A stretch of DNA of 64,000 nt from Thermoproteota archaeon (GCA_037917685.1 JAVCBU010000012.1:64001-128000); one strand, 5' to 3'; positions 30,008 to 39,991 are shown, numbered from the stretch's first letter. The notes: generated from the sequence alone by a model not told the origin. Made by a program: numbers and translations.

Positions 30008-30436
30008 TTGAGGAGGCACGATAGGATGGAAGACGAAAAAGCTTTTCTCGCCGCGACTATGGTTATAATATCATTAATGGCAGTGAAGTACACTTTTTTT
30101 GAAGAGCATACAGGCTATTACGTATTGTATATAGTCGGAAAGGACGGCACTCTTGAAAGTCTTAGAAGGGACGCTAAAGTTGGAGAGCCTTACTTTTTCA
30201 AAGTCTTTCTCAGGAACGAACTTGGCTATAAGGAAGAGTTTAATATTGAAGTATTTGTTCACGAGGAACCCATAATCTCCGCCCGTAGAATGATCGATGA
30301 TGGGGATTACGAGATTATATATTTCGCAATACAGTTTAGGGAAGCTGGACCATGCTGGTTCCATGTTGTATGCACTCCAGCTTCAAATCCCAGTTTGAAG
30401 AAGACGCTGTCGGTGAAAATCAATGTTGAAGGTTAA
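30008..30436 (+). CDS. DUF1616-like membrane-anchored Ig-fold protein
   Basis: N-terminal TM helix, then LYIVGKDG...KVGEP...LRNELG; first gene of a co-oriented four-gene run. Confidence 0.55.
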   Translation: MRRHDRMEDEKAFLAATMVIISLMAVKYTFFEEHTGYYVLYIVGKDGTLESLRRDAKVGEPYFFKVFLRNELGYKEEFNIEVFVHEEPIISARRMIDDGDYEIIYFAIQFREAGPCWFHVVCTPASNPSLKKTLSVKINVEG

Positions 30437-31799
30437 GAGGATGCTGGGCCCCTTCTTATGGTATATTGGAATATTCTACCTAGGCTTCATGGCAAGGCTT
30501 ATACCGGAGGTAGCACATGGGTACTTTCCTGTTGGCTGGGACGCAGCTGCATATGTAGAGACTATTGAAAACTGGAACTGGAAAACTGTTCGAAAGTGGT
30601 TTCCAACCCTACTTCCCTTATACTTGATGAAGGCCTTGAAAAGGTTAACAGGGATTTCTGCTATCGATGCCGTTAAACTTTTCCCACCAATGATTCAGGG
30701 TTTAACCTGTGTAGGGGTTTACATGGTGGGATGTAGAATATCGGATAGGAAATCCGCCGTGTACGGCGTAATCTTTGCAGCTTTATCTCCATTCAGCCTT
30801 GAAATCTCTAATGGATACCTTAGAAACATGTTTGGATGTATGATATTACTATTCTCCCTCTATATCATCTCACATAGGGGATGGTATAGAGGGATTTCTG
30901 TCCCAGTACTGTCTCTAGCAACCTTCCTATCCCACCAGCTAGCCGCTGTCTATTTTGGATTATTTGCCTTATCGTTTTATGTGATAATGCTGTTTAAGAG
31001 GAGAATTGAAAAAGTAGAGATCTTAACTTTGGTCCTAGCGACTTTCCTTGTAGGGGTAGGGGGGTACATTTTTTATCCCCATATAGCATGGTATATTAAA
31101 GCCTATAATGAGGCAGCCCTCCTCAGAATTAAAACAAGTGTCCCGGAGTGGTCGATACAGTTAATAGATATTCCAGAATACACCACCAGGTATTTGCCTG
31201 TTATCGCTCCCTTATCAATCCTTTCGTTAAAAAGGTTGAAGTATGAAAAAGCCTTACCGCTGTATATTTTTATAGCGGTTGGGTTCCTACTCTCATTGAC
31301 ATCAGAGTATGGCATACACCTTATCTCAGTAAGGTTTCTCTTCATGCTCAGCTATGGACTTGCGATGATGGCCGGTGTAGGGCTGTCATGGGTGGAAGAC
31401 GCTTTTTCAAGATTTGACAGGTTTAAAATTTTCAATTTAACGGTTATACTATTAACCTTTACACTCTACTATAGCTATCTACCTAGGATTAGGCCTGTAG
31501 TCAGTCAAACGGAGATTGAAGCCGTAAGGTATGTTGGGATGCATTGTAAACAAAATACTACTGTAGCTATATCACCATGGCTTATAGCAGTAACCTACTA
31601 TTATAGACATGAGACGAAGCTCTACGTGTGGACAGATAAACCTGAAAATATAGACTTAGTCTCGGAGTTAAGATGGCCCTCATGTATAATATTGGATTCT
31701 AGGCTAAAGTATCTCGTTAGTACTGGGGCATTGAAGCTTCCTAAGGGGTATTCGACTGTTTTCATAGCGGGTAAAACGAGTGTGGTGGTGGGAGGTTGA
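30423..31799 (+). CDS. Multi-pass membrane protein, GT-C glycosyltransferase-like
   Basis: First TM helix followed by the PVGWDAAAY loop, about 11 TM helices, LSHQL, RF motif and a soluble C-terminal domain. Confidence 0.6.
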   Translation: MLKVKRMLGPFLWYIGIFYLGFMARLIPEVAHGYFPVGWDAAAYVETIENWNWKTVRKWFPTLLPLYLMKALKRLTGISAIDAVKLFPPMIQGLTCVGVYMVGCRISDRKSAVYGVIFAALSPFSLEISNGYLRNMFGCMILLFSLYIISHRGWYRGISVPVLSLATFLSHQLAAVYFGLFALSFYVIMLFKRRIEKVEILTLVLATFLVGVGGYIFYPHIAWYIKAYNEAALLRIKTSVPEWSIQLIDIPEYTTRYLPVIAPLSILSLKRLKYEKALPLYIFIAVGFLLSLTSEYGIHLISVRFLFMLSYGLAMMAGVGLSWVEDAFSRFDRFKIFNLTVILLTFTLYYSYLPRIRPVVSQTEIEAVRYVGMHCKQNTTVAISPWLIAVTYYYRHETKLYVWTDKPENIDLVSELRWPSCIILDSRLKYLVSTGALKLPKGYSTVFIAGKTSVVVGG

Positions 31800-32476
31800 A
31801 CAAAATAAAAGGAGACATCTGGTTTCTAGTCCTCCTTCTAGGACTCTATCTTATTCTATCCCTGCTTACACTTTCCTCGACGGAAGTTCTCCCGTTTATG
31901 AAGATTGGGAACTTGGCATACCTTTCCCCCTCAAAGGGGAGCATTTTCTACGTACTGTTAGCTATAGCAATCTACTATCTGACAGGAAGCCGTCTAAACG
32001 CATCAAAAATCTTAGCAAGATATGTAATGGTAATTGTAGCCTATTTTACCGTTAATGTGCTTCTAGACTATATGTATCCCATAGAATTTGAAGCTTTCGC
32101 TTTTAGGGGCTTCCCTGCCATAAATTTCAAGTACCTACCGGCAGTGACGCTCTCATATACGATATACGCTGTATCAGCTGAGAGAATTCCAAAGCCTGCT
32201 ACATTTACAGCTGCTTTACTATGTATAATAGCTGGGGTGGCTGGGTGGTTTAGGTATGTTGCAGCACTTATCAAAGCAATGTTAACGGTAATACCTTCTC
32301 TCGTATTGTCTCTGATTTCAGGCTTTAGGGGGTACGAGGCTATAATCTCCATATTTGTAGGTATACCACTAACCATCTTGTTCCTATACGGAGCCAGTAT
32401 CCTGTTAGAGAAACTTTTAGAAAACCTGAAACAGTATATAAGACACAGAAATAATTATATTCCGAATAAGACTTGA
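31796..32476 (+). CDS. Hypothetical membrane protein
   Basis: About 6 TM helices; start overlaps the upstream stop codon. Confidence 0.6.
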   Translation: MNKIKGDIWFLVLLLGLYLILSLLTLSSTEVLPFMKIGNLAYLSPSKGSIFYVLLAIAIYYLTGSRLNASKILARYVMVIVAYFTVNVLLDYMYPIEFEAFAFRGFPAINFKYLPAVTLSYTIYAVSAERIPKPATFTAALLCIIAGVAGWFRYVAALIKAMLTVIPSLVLSLISGFRGYEAIISIFVGIPLTILFLYGASILLEKLLENLKQYIRHRNNYIPNKT

Positions 32477-32485
32477 GTATAACTG

Positions 32486-33262
32486 ATGAAGGTTCATATC
32501 TTAATGATCCTACTATGGATGCAACTTCTTCTTACACCTTTTACTGACCAGGAATACATTAGGATTGAGGTTCACGTAGTAGTAGATAAGCCTGCCGATC
32601 CTTTTGCCTATGAGCCGTTAAACGGTACCCCAACTAACATTACTGTTTTCAGGTATCGCCTCATACAGCCCCTTATCCCAGGGTCAGGTGTTTTCGAACC
32701 TGTTGATAGTATTCCGCTTGAGAAAGCCGGGGAAGACATTTATGTCGGTGAAAAATATGTTAGGAAGTTTCAGGGGGTTATGTGTTTAGGATTCCAGCCG
32801 ACGAATTTTATAGATGGACAAGCTGTGGTCTATGTTAACCAGTCACTAGACACTGTTAAGGTTACTGTTCATTATTGGAAAGTAACGATCGGCATTCTTG
32901 GTAGGCCACCAGTAGCTGTTCTCTCAAACAGTATAGATTGGGAGCTTTGTGGCCGCCTGCTTTCCTCGTACTTTGAAAGGAATAATGTGGAAATGCTGAG
33001 GTTCACAGTTGATAACGCATCTGAAATGCTTGGAATGGGGTTTATAGTTATCCTGGGAGGGCCTGACGCATACGAGGGGGTAGGCGGCTTTTCTGCCAGG
33101 GCGTTACCTTCGGACATTGAAATGATGCTTAGATCTAACCATTCTTCATACGGGGTATTCGAATACTTCGATGTTTGGAGGCCAGGGCAGCATGTAATTG
33201 TAATAGCCGGACATGATAGATACCTAACCCTTAAGGCTGTCCGGGAGATCACCGGAGGATAA
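32486..33262 (+). CDS. Secreted protein with an S-layer/cell-wall-binding-like C-terminal domain
   Basis: Signal peptide; VLSNSID, IVILGGPDAYEGVG, VIVIAGHDR..T. Confidence 0.65.
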   Translation: MKVHILMILLWMQLLLTPFTDQEYIRIEVHVVVDKPADPFAYEPLNGTPTNITVFRYRLIQPLIPGSGVFEPVDSIPLEKAGEDIYVGEKYVRKFQGVMCLGFQPTNFIDGQAVVYVNQSLDTVKVTVHYWKVTIGILGRPPVAVLSNSIDWELCGRLLSSYFERNNVEMLRFTVDNASEMLGMGFIVILGGPDAYEGVGGFSARALPSDIEMMLRSNHSSYGVFEYFDVWRPGQHVIVIAGHDRYLTLKAVREITGG

Positions 33263-33691
33263 CAGTAGAGAAACTTTGGATAGGTATCTTGATATTTTAA
33301 CAGCGATACTTGGAATTTCCTTTATTTTGCCTTTTACCACGACGAAATGTCTTAGTCTACAGTTGGAGCGTGTTATCTTGAGGGCTTCCTCTGCTACGTG
33401 GTGAAGCTGTAGACAGTGGGGACTACCGTCCACAGTTAGTATTCCCAGCTCATCAAGTTCGATTCTTGCAAGTATAGATGCGATTTTTAAGGCTACAACG
33501 TTGAAAATGCTCTCCTCCATGCAAACCTTTAGTGGATAGTACCCTTTGAACTGTTTAACTATTTCAGGACGCTCCGTTTCCAAACATGAAGCGTAAACTA
33601 GAATCTTCCCCGCATTCCTAATATGTTTGGAAGACGAATTAGTAGATAGAAGCTCCCCCAGTTTCAGCCCCTCCCTACTCTTTAGACACAA
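33224..33691 (-). CDS. Cys-containing putative Fe-S protein
   Basis: VYASCL, VCMEE, TVDGSPHCLQLH. Confidence 0.6.
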   Translation of the reverse strand: MCLKSREGLKLGELLSTNSSSKHIRNAGKILVYASCLETERPEIVKQFKGYYPLKVCMEESIFNVVALKIASILARIELDELGILTVDGSPHCLQLHHVAEEALKITRSNCRLRHFVVVKGKIKEIPSIAVKISRYLSKVSLLLSSGDLPDSLKG

Positions 33692-34616
33692 TTACCGCGG
33701 TTCTTACTATGCCGGGTGTCTCGCTTCTCCACATCACAGGGGCTGGATATTTGTCCGACACCCAGAATGTCATGTTCGTTGAACCAATAACTATATTGTA
33801 GACTCTACATTTGAACGTGCCTAACGGTGTTGTTATAAGTTCCTCTCCTGCATAATTAACGGTTTCATTCCAAAGGCCTATTCCAGTCTGTTGGAGAAGC
33901 GTGAGGGCTGTTACATTTACTAAGGGGCCTGCAGCTGATTTTATGCTTGAAACCAGTATCTCGTTGTTATCCTTTGCTATAATGGCCTTGTAAGCCGCCA
34001 CAAACTGGCCCTTAGAAGTAGCGTTTACCCACACAAGCCAGCAGGCTCTCCCAGCTACGGCTGTGGAATCAACAGTCAAAGTGTAGTTCAACGTTCTATT
34101 CTGTACTTTACTCATTAATTCTACATGGTAAACTATTCTTTGAAACTCGTCAAAGCTGTACAGCTCCTTACCTGTAATGTTTCCTTGTTTTCCTAGTTTT
34201 CCGTGTTTAAGGCTGATTCCATGGATGTATCCCCCTCTGTAGAGATAGTAGACACCTGATACAGCTATTATTGCCAGGATGATGGGTGCTATCATTGAGA
34301 TGTGGGGTATTTGAGGTCTCAGCTTCGGCTTGGAAATCTTAGGAGCAGCGGGTTTGAATCTTGGCTTAGATGGCTTTACCACCGGTTTAACCTCTTTGAC
34401 TTTTTCCACGCGTTCTTCGAGTGGGGGCCTGAGCTGGCCGGGTTCCTCGATCGATTCCTTCTCTGCTTCAAGGATTGGTTTAGGTTTTTCGGGTTCAAAA
34501 CCGTATTTCTTGAGTATCTCCTCGTAGAATTCTCTGCTTATCAGTCCCTGTTCAAACGCCTCCATTGCCCTTTTGACTATCTTCTCAGGCTTAACTTTTC
34601 TCCTTTTCCTAACCAT
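33675..34616 (-). CDS. Membrane-anchored protein, paralog of 12058..12957
   Basis: EAFEQGLISREFYEEILKKYG; Pro/Lys linker; TM helix; EELITTPLGTFKC...FWVSDKYPAPV. Confidence 0.7.
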   Translation of the reverse strand: MVRKRRKVKPEKIVKRAMEAFEQGLISREFYEEILKKYGFEPEKPKPILEAEKESIEEPGQLRPPLEERVEKVKEVKPVVKPSKPRFKPAAPKISKPKLRPQIPHISMIAPIILAIIAVSGVYYLYRGGYIHGISLKHGKLGKQGNITGKELYSFDEFQRIVYHVELMSKVQNRTLNYTLTVDSTAVAGRACWLVWVNATSKGQFVAAYKAIIAKDNNEILVSSIKSAAGPLVNVTALTLLQQTGIGLWNETVNYAGEELITTPLGTFKCRVYNIVIGSTNMTFWVSDKYPAPVMWRSETPGIVRTAVIVSKE

Positions 34617-35623
34617 CAGCCTTCACCTTTTATCATGGAAGGCTTTGAATGGCTATAGCTCTCTACTATTTTAAGGATTGCCTGCTGTGTTTCATGCGGC
34701 GTGGCGGCTGTGTTTACAGCATAGTTTTCTGTTGTCTCAAGTAGTTTAAGGAAGAACTCGCTTCTAAGCTTCTTTTTCCGTTCATCTTTTACTAGGAGGT
34801 GTGGATTATAGTATCCATTTTGCGCAAGCATTGAGAGGGCTTCTTCGGGCTCAACCCCCCAATAAACCCTATTATCAGACTTTTCCCTAACCAGTATTAG
34901 AAATATTCTTAGGGTTGTCATTGGTATTATTCTCCCCTTGCCTATAACCCATCTAAGGTTAACTATCGCCCTCCCCTTTTTGTCCGCTAGAGCTTTCTTA
35001 ACTAACCCGCTGAATTCAGGCCAGACTTGCGCAAGGTCAGCTCTAATATAGAAGTTCTTTTCCGAGCTGAAAGCTAGAAAGCCGGTTTCAAGGGGTCTAA
35101 CAAAAAACCAGTCATCCGATATAACCCTTATCCTACTATTTCTCAAAAGCCCATATGCATTCGTTGTCTTACCCATCCCTGCAAGCCCAACGATGGAAAA
35201 CCCTATGCCATTATAGTCTAGGCAGGCTCCATGAATTGAAAATATCCCATGGTGGTCTTCAAGTATGTCTCCGGCGATACTTAAAGCTACAGATTTAACC
35301 CATCCATAGTAGTCCATGTTTAGAAGGAAGGCTGTTTTGGAAAGCGGATCGTACAGAACTATGAGATCGTATCTGTCATCCTTGGTTACTATTAGCCTGC
35401 CGTGACTTCTAACATTCCAGTACATGTTGTAAAAGTTTTCAGTCCATCTATCTCTTATCCAGCCATCATCGGTTAATAGCTTAATACAACACCCATATAT
35501 ATCTGCCTTTTCTTCGTAAAGAAGCTTAGACGCGAGTTCTTCCATCAGCTTTTCTCTTGTATTAATATCTATCAGTCTAATATTATAAGACTCGTTCACA
35601 CCTAAAGAAAACCAGGCCACCAT
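34616..35623 (-). CDS. HPr kinase/PEPCK-like P-loop protein
   Basis: IHGACL..NGIG...GLAGMGKTT...ISDDW. Confidence 0.75.
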   Translation of the reverse strand: MVAWFSLGVNESYNIRLIDINTREKLMEELASKLLYEEKADIYGCCIKLLTDDGWIRDRWTENFYNMYWNVRSHGRLIVTKDDRYDLIVLYDPLSKTAFLLNMDYYGWVKSVALSIAGDILEDHHGIFSIHGACLDYNGIGFSIVGLAGMGKTTNAYGLLRNSRIRVISDDWFFVRPLETGFLAFSSEKNFYIRADLAQVWPEFSGLVKKALADKKGRAIVNLRWVIGKGRIIPMTTLRIFLILVREKSDNRVYWGVEPEEALSMLAQNGYYNPHLLVKDERKKKLRSEFFLKLLETTENYAVNTAATPHETQQAILKIVESYSHSKPSMIKGEG

Positions 35624-35643
35624 TAATAATTATACTCCTAAAG

Positions 35644-36213
35644 CTATATCTCTGTAAAGAACTTCCTAAGTTTAAGACTTACCGTGTCCTTCTCAGCGTG
35701 GAACATTTTGAGGCTTGAATTCTTCTTAATCTCCAATAGTGTTATCTTTCCCTTAATGCTTCTTAGGATACTAATTTCGTCGAACTCCTCTTCTGTTTTC
35801 TTGGACGCCATGTCTACTAATAGATGTGCTGACCCGTTTGAGTAGAAGATCATTTTATCCTCAGATATAAGTACTCCCTGAAAATTTCTATTTAATGTTA
35901 TTTTCTGGAGTGTTCTAAAGTTAAGCAGCTCGATATTTAGCTCTGGAATCACCTCTGATGAGTGTTCCCTGATTAAATCTATAATGCTGCTAACCGGAAG
36001 TCTATAAACATCAACACTCCCCCTAAAGTTGTTAAGCGATTCTAACGCCTTCTCAGGTGTAAACAACACTGGTTTGCCAAGGACAAAATATATTTTGTTC
36101 TCTACATCACCATCTTGAAATAATATGTAACCTGTAAGCTTTATGTTCTCTAACATGGTTAGCAGGCTACTTATGTCTACTACTTCAAGGGACACACTAA
36201 GTATTTTAGACAT
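35644..36213 (-). CDS. Hypothetical protein, PATAN/DUF2226-like duplicated domain
   Basis: LL..LE..KLTGYI......KIYFVLGKPV and a second repeat NFQGVL....IFYSNGS. Confidence 0.5.
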   Translation of the reverse strand: MSKILSVSLEVVDISSLLTMLENIKLTGYILFQDGDVENKIYFVLGKPVLFTPEKALESLNNFRGSVDVYRLPVSSIIDLIREHSSEVIPELNIELLNFRTLQKITLNRNFQGVLISEDKMIFYSNGSAHLLVDMASKKTEEEFDEISILRSIKGKITLLEIKKNSSLKMFHAEKDTVSLKLRKFFTEI

Positions 36214-36238
36214 CAGAAGTTACTACCATACAATTTTA

Positions 36239-37705
36239 TTAATCATTTCCATGGGGGTTCTGCATCCATCTGTCCATGGCGGTCAGGCCTGTAGATGAAG
36301 GGTGTTTTTCAGCTACTATGTCCACAATGATCGGCCTTGGGAGGGGGGCGGCAGTAGCTTTAACAATGGATCTTCCGGCTGGGAAGAGTTTAAGTGTCTC
36401 CGCTATGCCGCCGATCATCTCTTTCACCCTTTCTAGGTCAATGTCTTCAACTCTGTGACATATAAGGTTCTGCCCAAGCTGGGTTGTAATCGTCTTGTCT
36501 ATTAGGGCTGGCCTTTGGGTGGCAATGAACGGTACTACGCCATTCCTCGGGCCTGTGGTGGATATGAGTTTAAGTGTCTTTCTAAGGTTGGATGTTGGCT
36601 TTTCCTCGGCAAGGGATACACCCCCCTTTTCTGGGGCGAACAGGTGGGCCTCATCGATTAAGATGAATATTCCATAGCTTCTATCCTCTAGGGCTTGTTT
36701 ATACGCTGATTCAAGGATTCCCCCAATTTTAAAGTAGGTTTCATCCCAGTCTTCAACGGTGGAAAGGTCGAGTACTACAATGTTATCTCTTGCAAGCTTA
36801 ACTATATATTCAGATGTTCCGCCTTCCTCCTTAGCGGAAGGATATTTCTCTGCAAGCAGTCTAAACTGTGATGTGGACTCATCGTCGAATCCACACTCAC
36901 GTGTAAGATCCATAATGAGTTCTTTAGTTATCGGAGTTTTAGAGCCGCCTACAGCGTTGGTAATAGCGTTTTTCAGTTTTAATGCTTGTTTAGAGGAGGG
37001 GTGTATTCCAAGTGCAGATCTTATATGGCTATATATTTCTCCAGCCTCCAATGGAGGCATCGCACTTGCGCTCCTTATATCCACCCGTATAGCATTAAAA
37101 GCCTCTTCTAGGGCGGGTCCGTACTCGTAGTCCTTGTCTATTATTATACCACCAGGCTTTCCGATACTGCTAATAGTGGAGACTAACCTGTAAACAATTG
37201 AGAGCAACGTAGTAGTTTTTCCGCTTCCAATGCCGCCGAAAACAACAAGTCCTCTCCTTGTGAGGTCCCATATTCTAAGCCATATCTCCATTCCTCCAGG
37301 GTATAACTTCCCAAGTTTGATGGATAAATCCTCAGTCGGCGCAAGCAGGCTTCTCAGGTCTTCCTCATCCACCCTGTAAACTTCCTGGTGGGGTGTTATT
37401 ATGCCAAGGTAAGGCTCTATCCTCCCATTCCTTAACATTCCAACCTGTTCCGCTTCAACCCTAGGGAAATTCCTTTCCTCATCCATCACCATCGGCCCTT
37501 TCTTCAGTATAACCTCCTCATACGATGCAGGCTGCCTCTTAACGTATAGTCCAATCGCCTGATAGTAAACCTTTCCCTCAGATGTCATAATCCACAGAAA
37601 CTCTCCAGGCTTAATGTCTACTCCTTCCCTAAGGATTATAGAGAATCTATCGGGATAATAGTATCCATAATCCGAATATACGCTACCTATTGGTTCCAGC
37701 ATCAC
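36239..37705 (-). CDS. herA: HerA-family ATPase/helicase
   Basis: N-terminal HAS-barrel-like region, GGIGSGKTT, IIDKDYEY, ILIDEAHLFAP, ATQRP. Confidence 0.85.
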   Translation of the reverse strand: MMLEPIGSVYSDYGYYYPDRFSIILREGVDIKPGEFLWIMTSEGKVYYQAIGLYVKRQPASYEEVILKKGPMVMDEERNFPRVEAEQVGMLRNGRIEPYLGIITPHQEVYRVDEEDLRSLLAPTEDLSIKLGKLYPGGMEIWLRIWDLTRRGLVVFGGIGSGKTTTLLSIVYRLVSTISSIGKPGGIIIDKDYEYGPALEEAFNAIRVDIRSASAMPPLEAGEIYSHIRSALGIHPSSKQALKLKNAITNAVGGSKTPITKELIMDLTRECGFDDESTSQFRLLAEKYPSAKEEGGTSEYIVKLARDNIVVLDLSTVEDWDETYFKIGGILESAYKQALEDRSYGIFILIDEAHLFAPEKGGVSLAEEKPTSNLRKTLKLISTTGPRNGVVPFIATQRPALIDKTITTQLGQNLICHRVEDIDLERVKEMIGGIAETLKLFPAGRSIVKATAAPLPRPIIVDIVAEKHPSSTGLTAMDRWMQNPHGND

Positions 37706-38805
37706 GTCTCACCATGCATCCAACCTAGAAGCTCCAGCAGAAGTTTAAGCTTATCCTCTTCACCGGCGTACATGGAAACAACATGGTTAATCGTAGATCT
37801 ATAGGTATCCCGTGCGAACCTCTTAGTTATTTTCACCGTCTCGTCAGCCTTCACAACCGGGAAAGGTATCCCGTCAAGATCTGAAAGGCTTAGAATGTAA
37901 GAGAGAACCTGCTTTACACCTGTAAATGGTGGGAAGACCCTTGAAATGTCAACGCGGTATGGAGCTTTACCTCTCGATGTCTTGAGAAATGTAAAGCTCA
38001 GCCTCCCAGGCACTATGGATTTTCTCGCTGTATCATCGTGTATGATTGAGGAGAGCTCTACACCCCCTAGTTCTATTGGAGGCCAGGGATAAGATTCCCC
38101 CCATCCTAAGCCTGCAAGGGTTGAGAGTGCAACGTCAGGGTAAGATTTAAGGCCGTATATCTGTGAGATGTAGTGTGATTTAGGTCTTTTAACGAATCCT
38201 ACAACTGTGACGCCTATTTTCTCCGCATAGTCAAGCATTCGCCTCCTGTACTCGAGGTATAGCCTGACAGGATCACCAATCCTCTCCCTCCTCTTTTTCA
38301 GCCATATCCTTGCCGGTGGGATAAGTGGGCCGTCGACTATTAAAATGTCGGGTTTAACACTGTCGATTCCATCTTTAAGCATCTTTAATGCGGACATTAC
38401 TACAAGAGCTTCTCTTAGGGGAGCCAGCATGGCTTCGACGTCTTCCCTAGTTATGTTAAAGGAGGATAGGGGGTCCTCAGGAATTTTTGAAACAAGAGCC
38501 TCTGACCTATGAATTTTATTATCCCTGTCTACTAGAATACTACAGGACACGCATACACCGAAACAGGAGGATCTAAGGTTAAAAATGGCGCTACCACCGT
38601 CGGATGATCCTGGAACTACACTGTTGGGTAGGTCCGTAACGTCAAGTTTTATTTTTGTGAATGCTTCCTTAACTTTGTATAGAGGCCTCTCACATACTAT
38701 TCCATCTATAATCTTAAGTATATATTTTTGGATCTCCTCTTTAACTGATAAGGCTACTTCTGAAGCTATGAAGGGTTCTATTTCCGAGGGTTTAGGTTTT
38801 TCCAT
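37702..38805 (-). CDS. nurA: NurA-family nuclease
   Basis: SDGGS, LIVDGPL, VGFVKRP, GIPFPVVKADE.VK; overlaps the herA start. Confidence 0.8.
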   Translation of the reverse strand: MEKPKPSEIEPFIASEVALSVKEEIQKYILKIIDGIVCERPLYKVKEAFTKIKLDVTDLPNSVVPGSSDGGSAIFNLRSSCFGVCVSCSILVDRDNKIHRSEALVSKIPEDPLSSFNITREDVEAMLAPLREALVVMSALKMLKDGIDSVKPDILIVDGPLIPPARIWLKKRRERIGDPVRLYLEYRRRMLDYAEKIGVTVVGFVKRPKSHYISQIYGLKSYPDVALSTLAGLGWGESYPWPPIELGGVELSSIIHDDTARKSIVPGRLSFTFLKTSRGKAPYRVDISRVFPPFTGVKQVLSYILSLSDLDGIPFPVVKADETVKITKRFARDTYRSTINHVVSMYAGEEDKLKLLLELLGWMHGET

Positions 38806-38878
38806 CAGCTCTACAATTCTATGTACAGTAGTTAGAACTTAAATGTTGCCCGGGATCAATGATTAACCGTAGCCAAGG

Positions 38879-39655
38879 GTGGTGATAATGCAGCCTCACA
38901 TTATGTGTAAGAGTGGAGATGTCGGGGAATATGTTTTACTGCCTGGGGATCCTAAGAGGACAAGGATGATAGCAGAGCTCATGGAGGAACCTAGGATTGT
39001 AGCTGACTATCGCCAGTTCATAACTTATACTGGCTGGTATAAGGGTGTTAGGGTGTCTACAACTAGCACCGGAATAGGGTGTCCAGCTGCAGCGATAACT
39101 GTTGAGGAGCTTTCCAGGGTTGGAGCTAAATGCTTCATAAGGGTTGGAACAACCGGGTCCATACAGCCGTACATTGATACCGGTGACATTGTAGTGGCGA
39201 CTGGGGCTGTAAGAGATGAAGGAACTACTGTAAACTACGCGCCACGTTCATACCCTGCTCTCGCGTCTCTGAGAGTTGTAGATGCCTTACTAGAAGCTTC
39301 TAAAAAGGTAGGAGTGGACTGCTACTCCGGTATTGTATGGACAAGTGATGCATTCTACTCTGAAGATATGGAGAAAGTTGAACTTTATAGAAAAATAGGC
39401 GTGCTTTCAGTGGAGATGGAGTGTTCTGCCATCTTTACACTTGCCTCGATCAAAGGCTTACTTTCCGGAGCGATTCTCGCTGTTGACGGGAACCTTATAA
39501 AGGGAACTAAGAAGTCGGAGTTTAAACCCCATGAAAAGAAAGGCGAGTTTGATCCTATAGTTAGGAATGCTGTTTTAAAGGAGGTCAAAATAGCCCTAGA
39601 GGCCATCAGGATACTCCATGAAGAGGGCTTGCCGGACAGTCCTGCACAAGCGTAA
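38879..39655 (+). CDS. udp: Uridine/purine nucleoside phosphorylase
   Basis: LLPGDPKR, STGIGCP, IRVGTTG, VRDEGT, SDAFY, VEME. Confidence 0.88.
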   Translation: MVIMQPHIMCKSGDVGEYVLLPGDPKRTRMIAELMEEPRIVADYRQFITYTGWYKGVRVSTTSTGIGCPAAAITVEELSRVGAKCFIRVGTTGSIQPYIDTGDIVVATGAVRDEGTTVNYAPRSYPALASLRVVDALLEASKKVGVDCYSGIVWTSDAFYSEDMEKVELYRKIGVLSVEMECSAIFTLASIKGLLSGAILAVDGNLIKGTKKSEFKPHEKKGEFDPIVRNAVLKEVKIALEAIRILHEEGLPDSPAQA

Positions 39656-39694
39656 AACGTTATTAAATTTCAAGTATGCTATAACAGGGTCGAA

Positions 39695-39991
39695 ATGGAA
39701 GTTAGGAATGCTCAAGCAATCATAAAGGAAACCTATGAAAGAAGAGATAGGAGTAGAGGGGTCTACTTAACCTTTATGCACCTGGTTGAGGAGGTTGGAG
39801 AATTCGCGCGGGCGATAAGAAGGAATAACAAGGATGAAATAGCCGGAGAGATGGCTGATGTCTTCGCGTGGCTCCTCAGCATAGCTTACCTTCTAGAGGT
39901 TGACTTGGAAAGCGAGTTTGAAAAGAGGTACGGCAGTGGCTGTCCTAAATGCGGTAGTAAACCATGTACTTGTCCTCCACTTGAAGGATAG
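39695..39991 (+). CDS. MazG-like NTP pyrophosphohydrolase
   Basis: LVEEVGEFA...EMADVFAWL; C-terminal CPKC...CTC. Confidence 0.88.
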   Translation: MEVRNAQAIIKETYERRDRSRGVYLTFMHLVEEVGEFARAIRRNNKDEIAGEMADVFAWLLSIAYLLEVDLESEFEKRYGSGCPKCGSKPCTCPPLEG

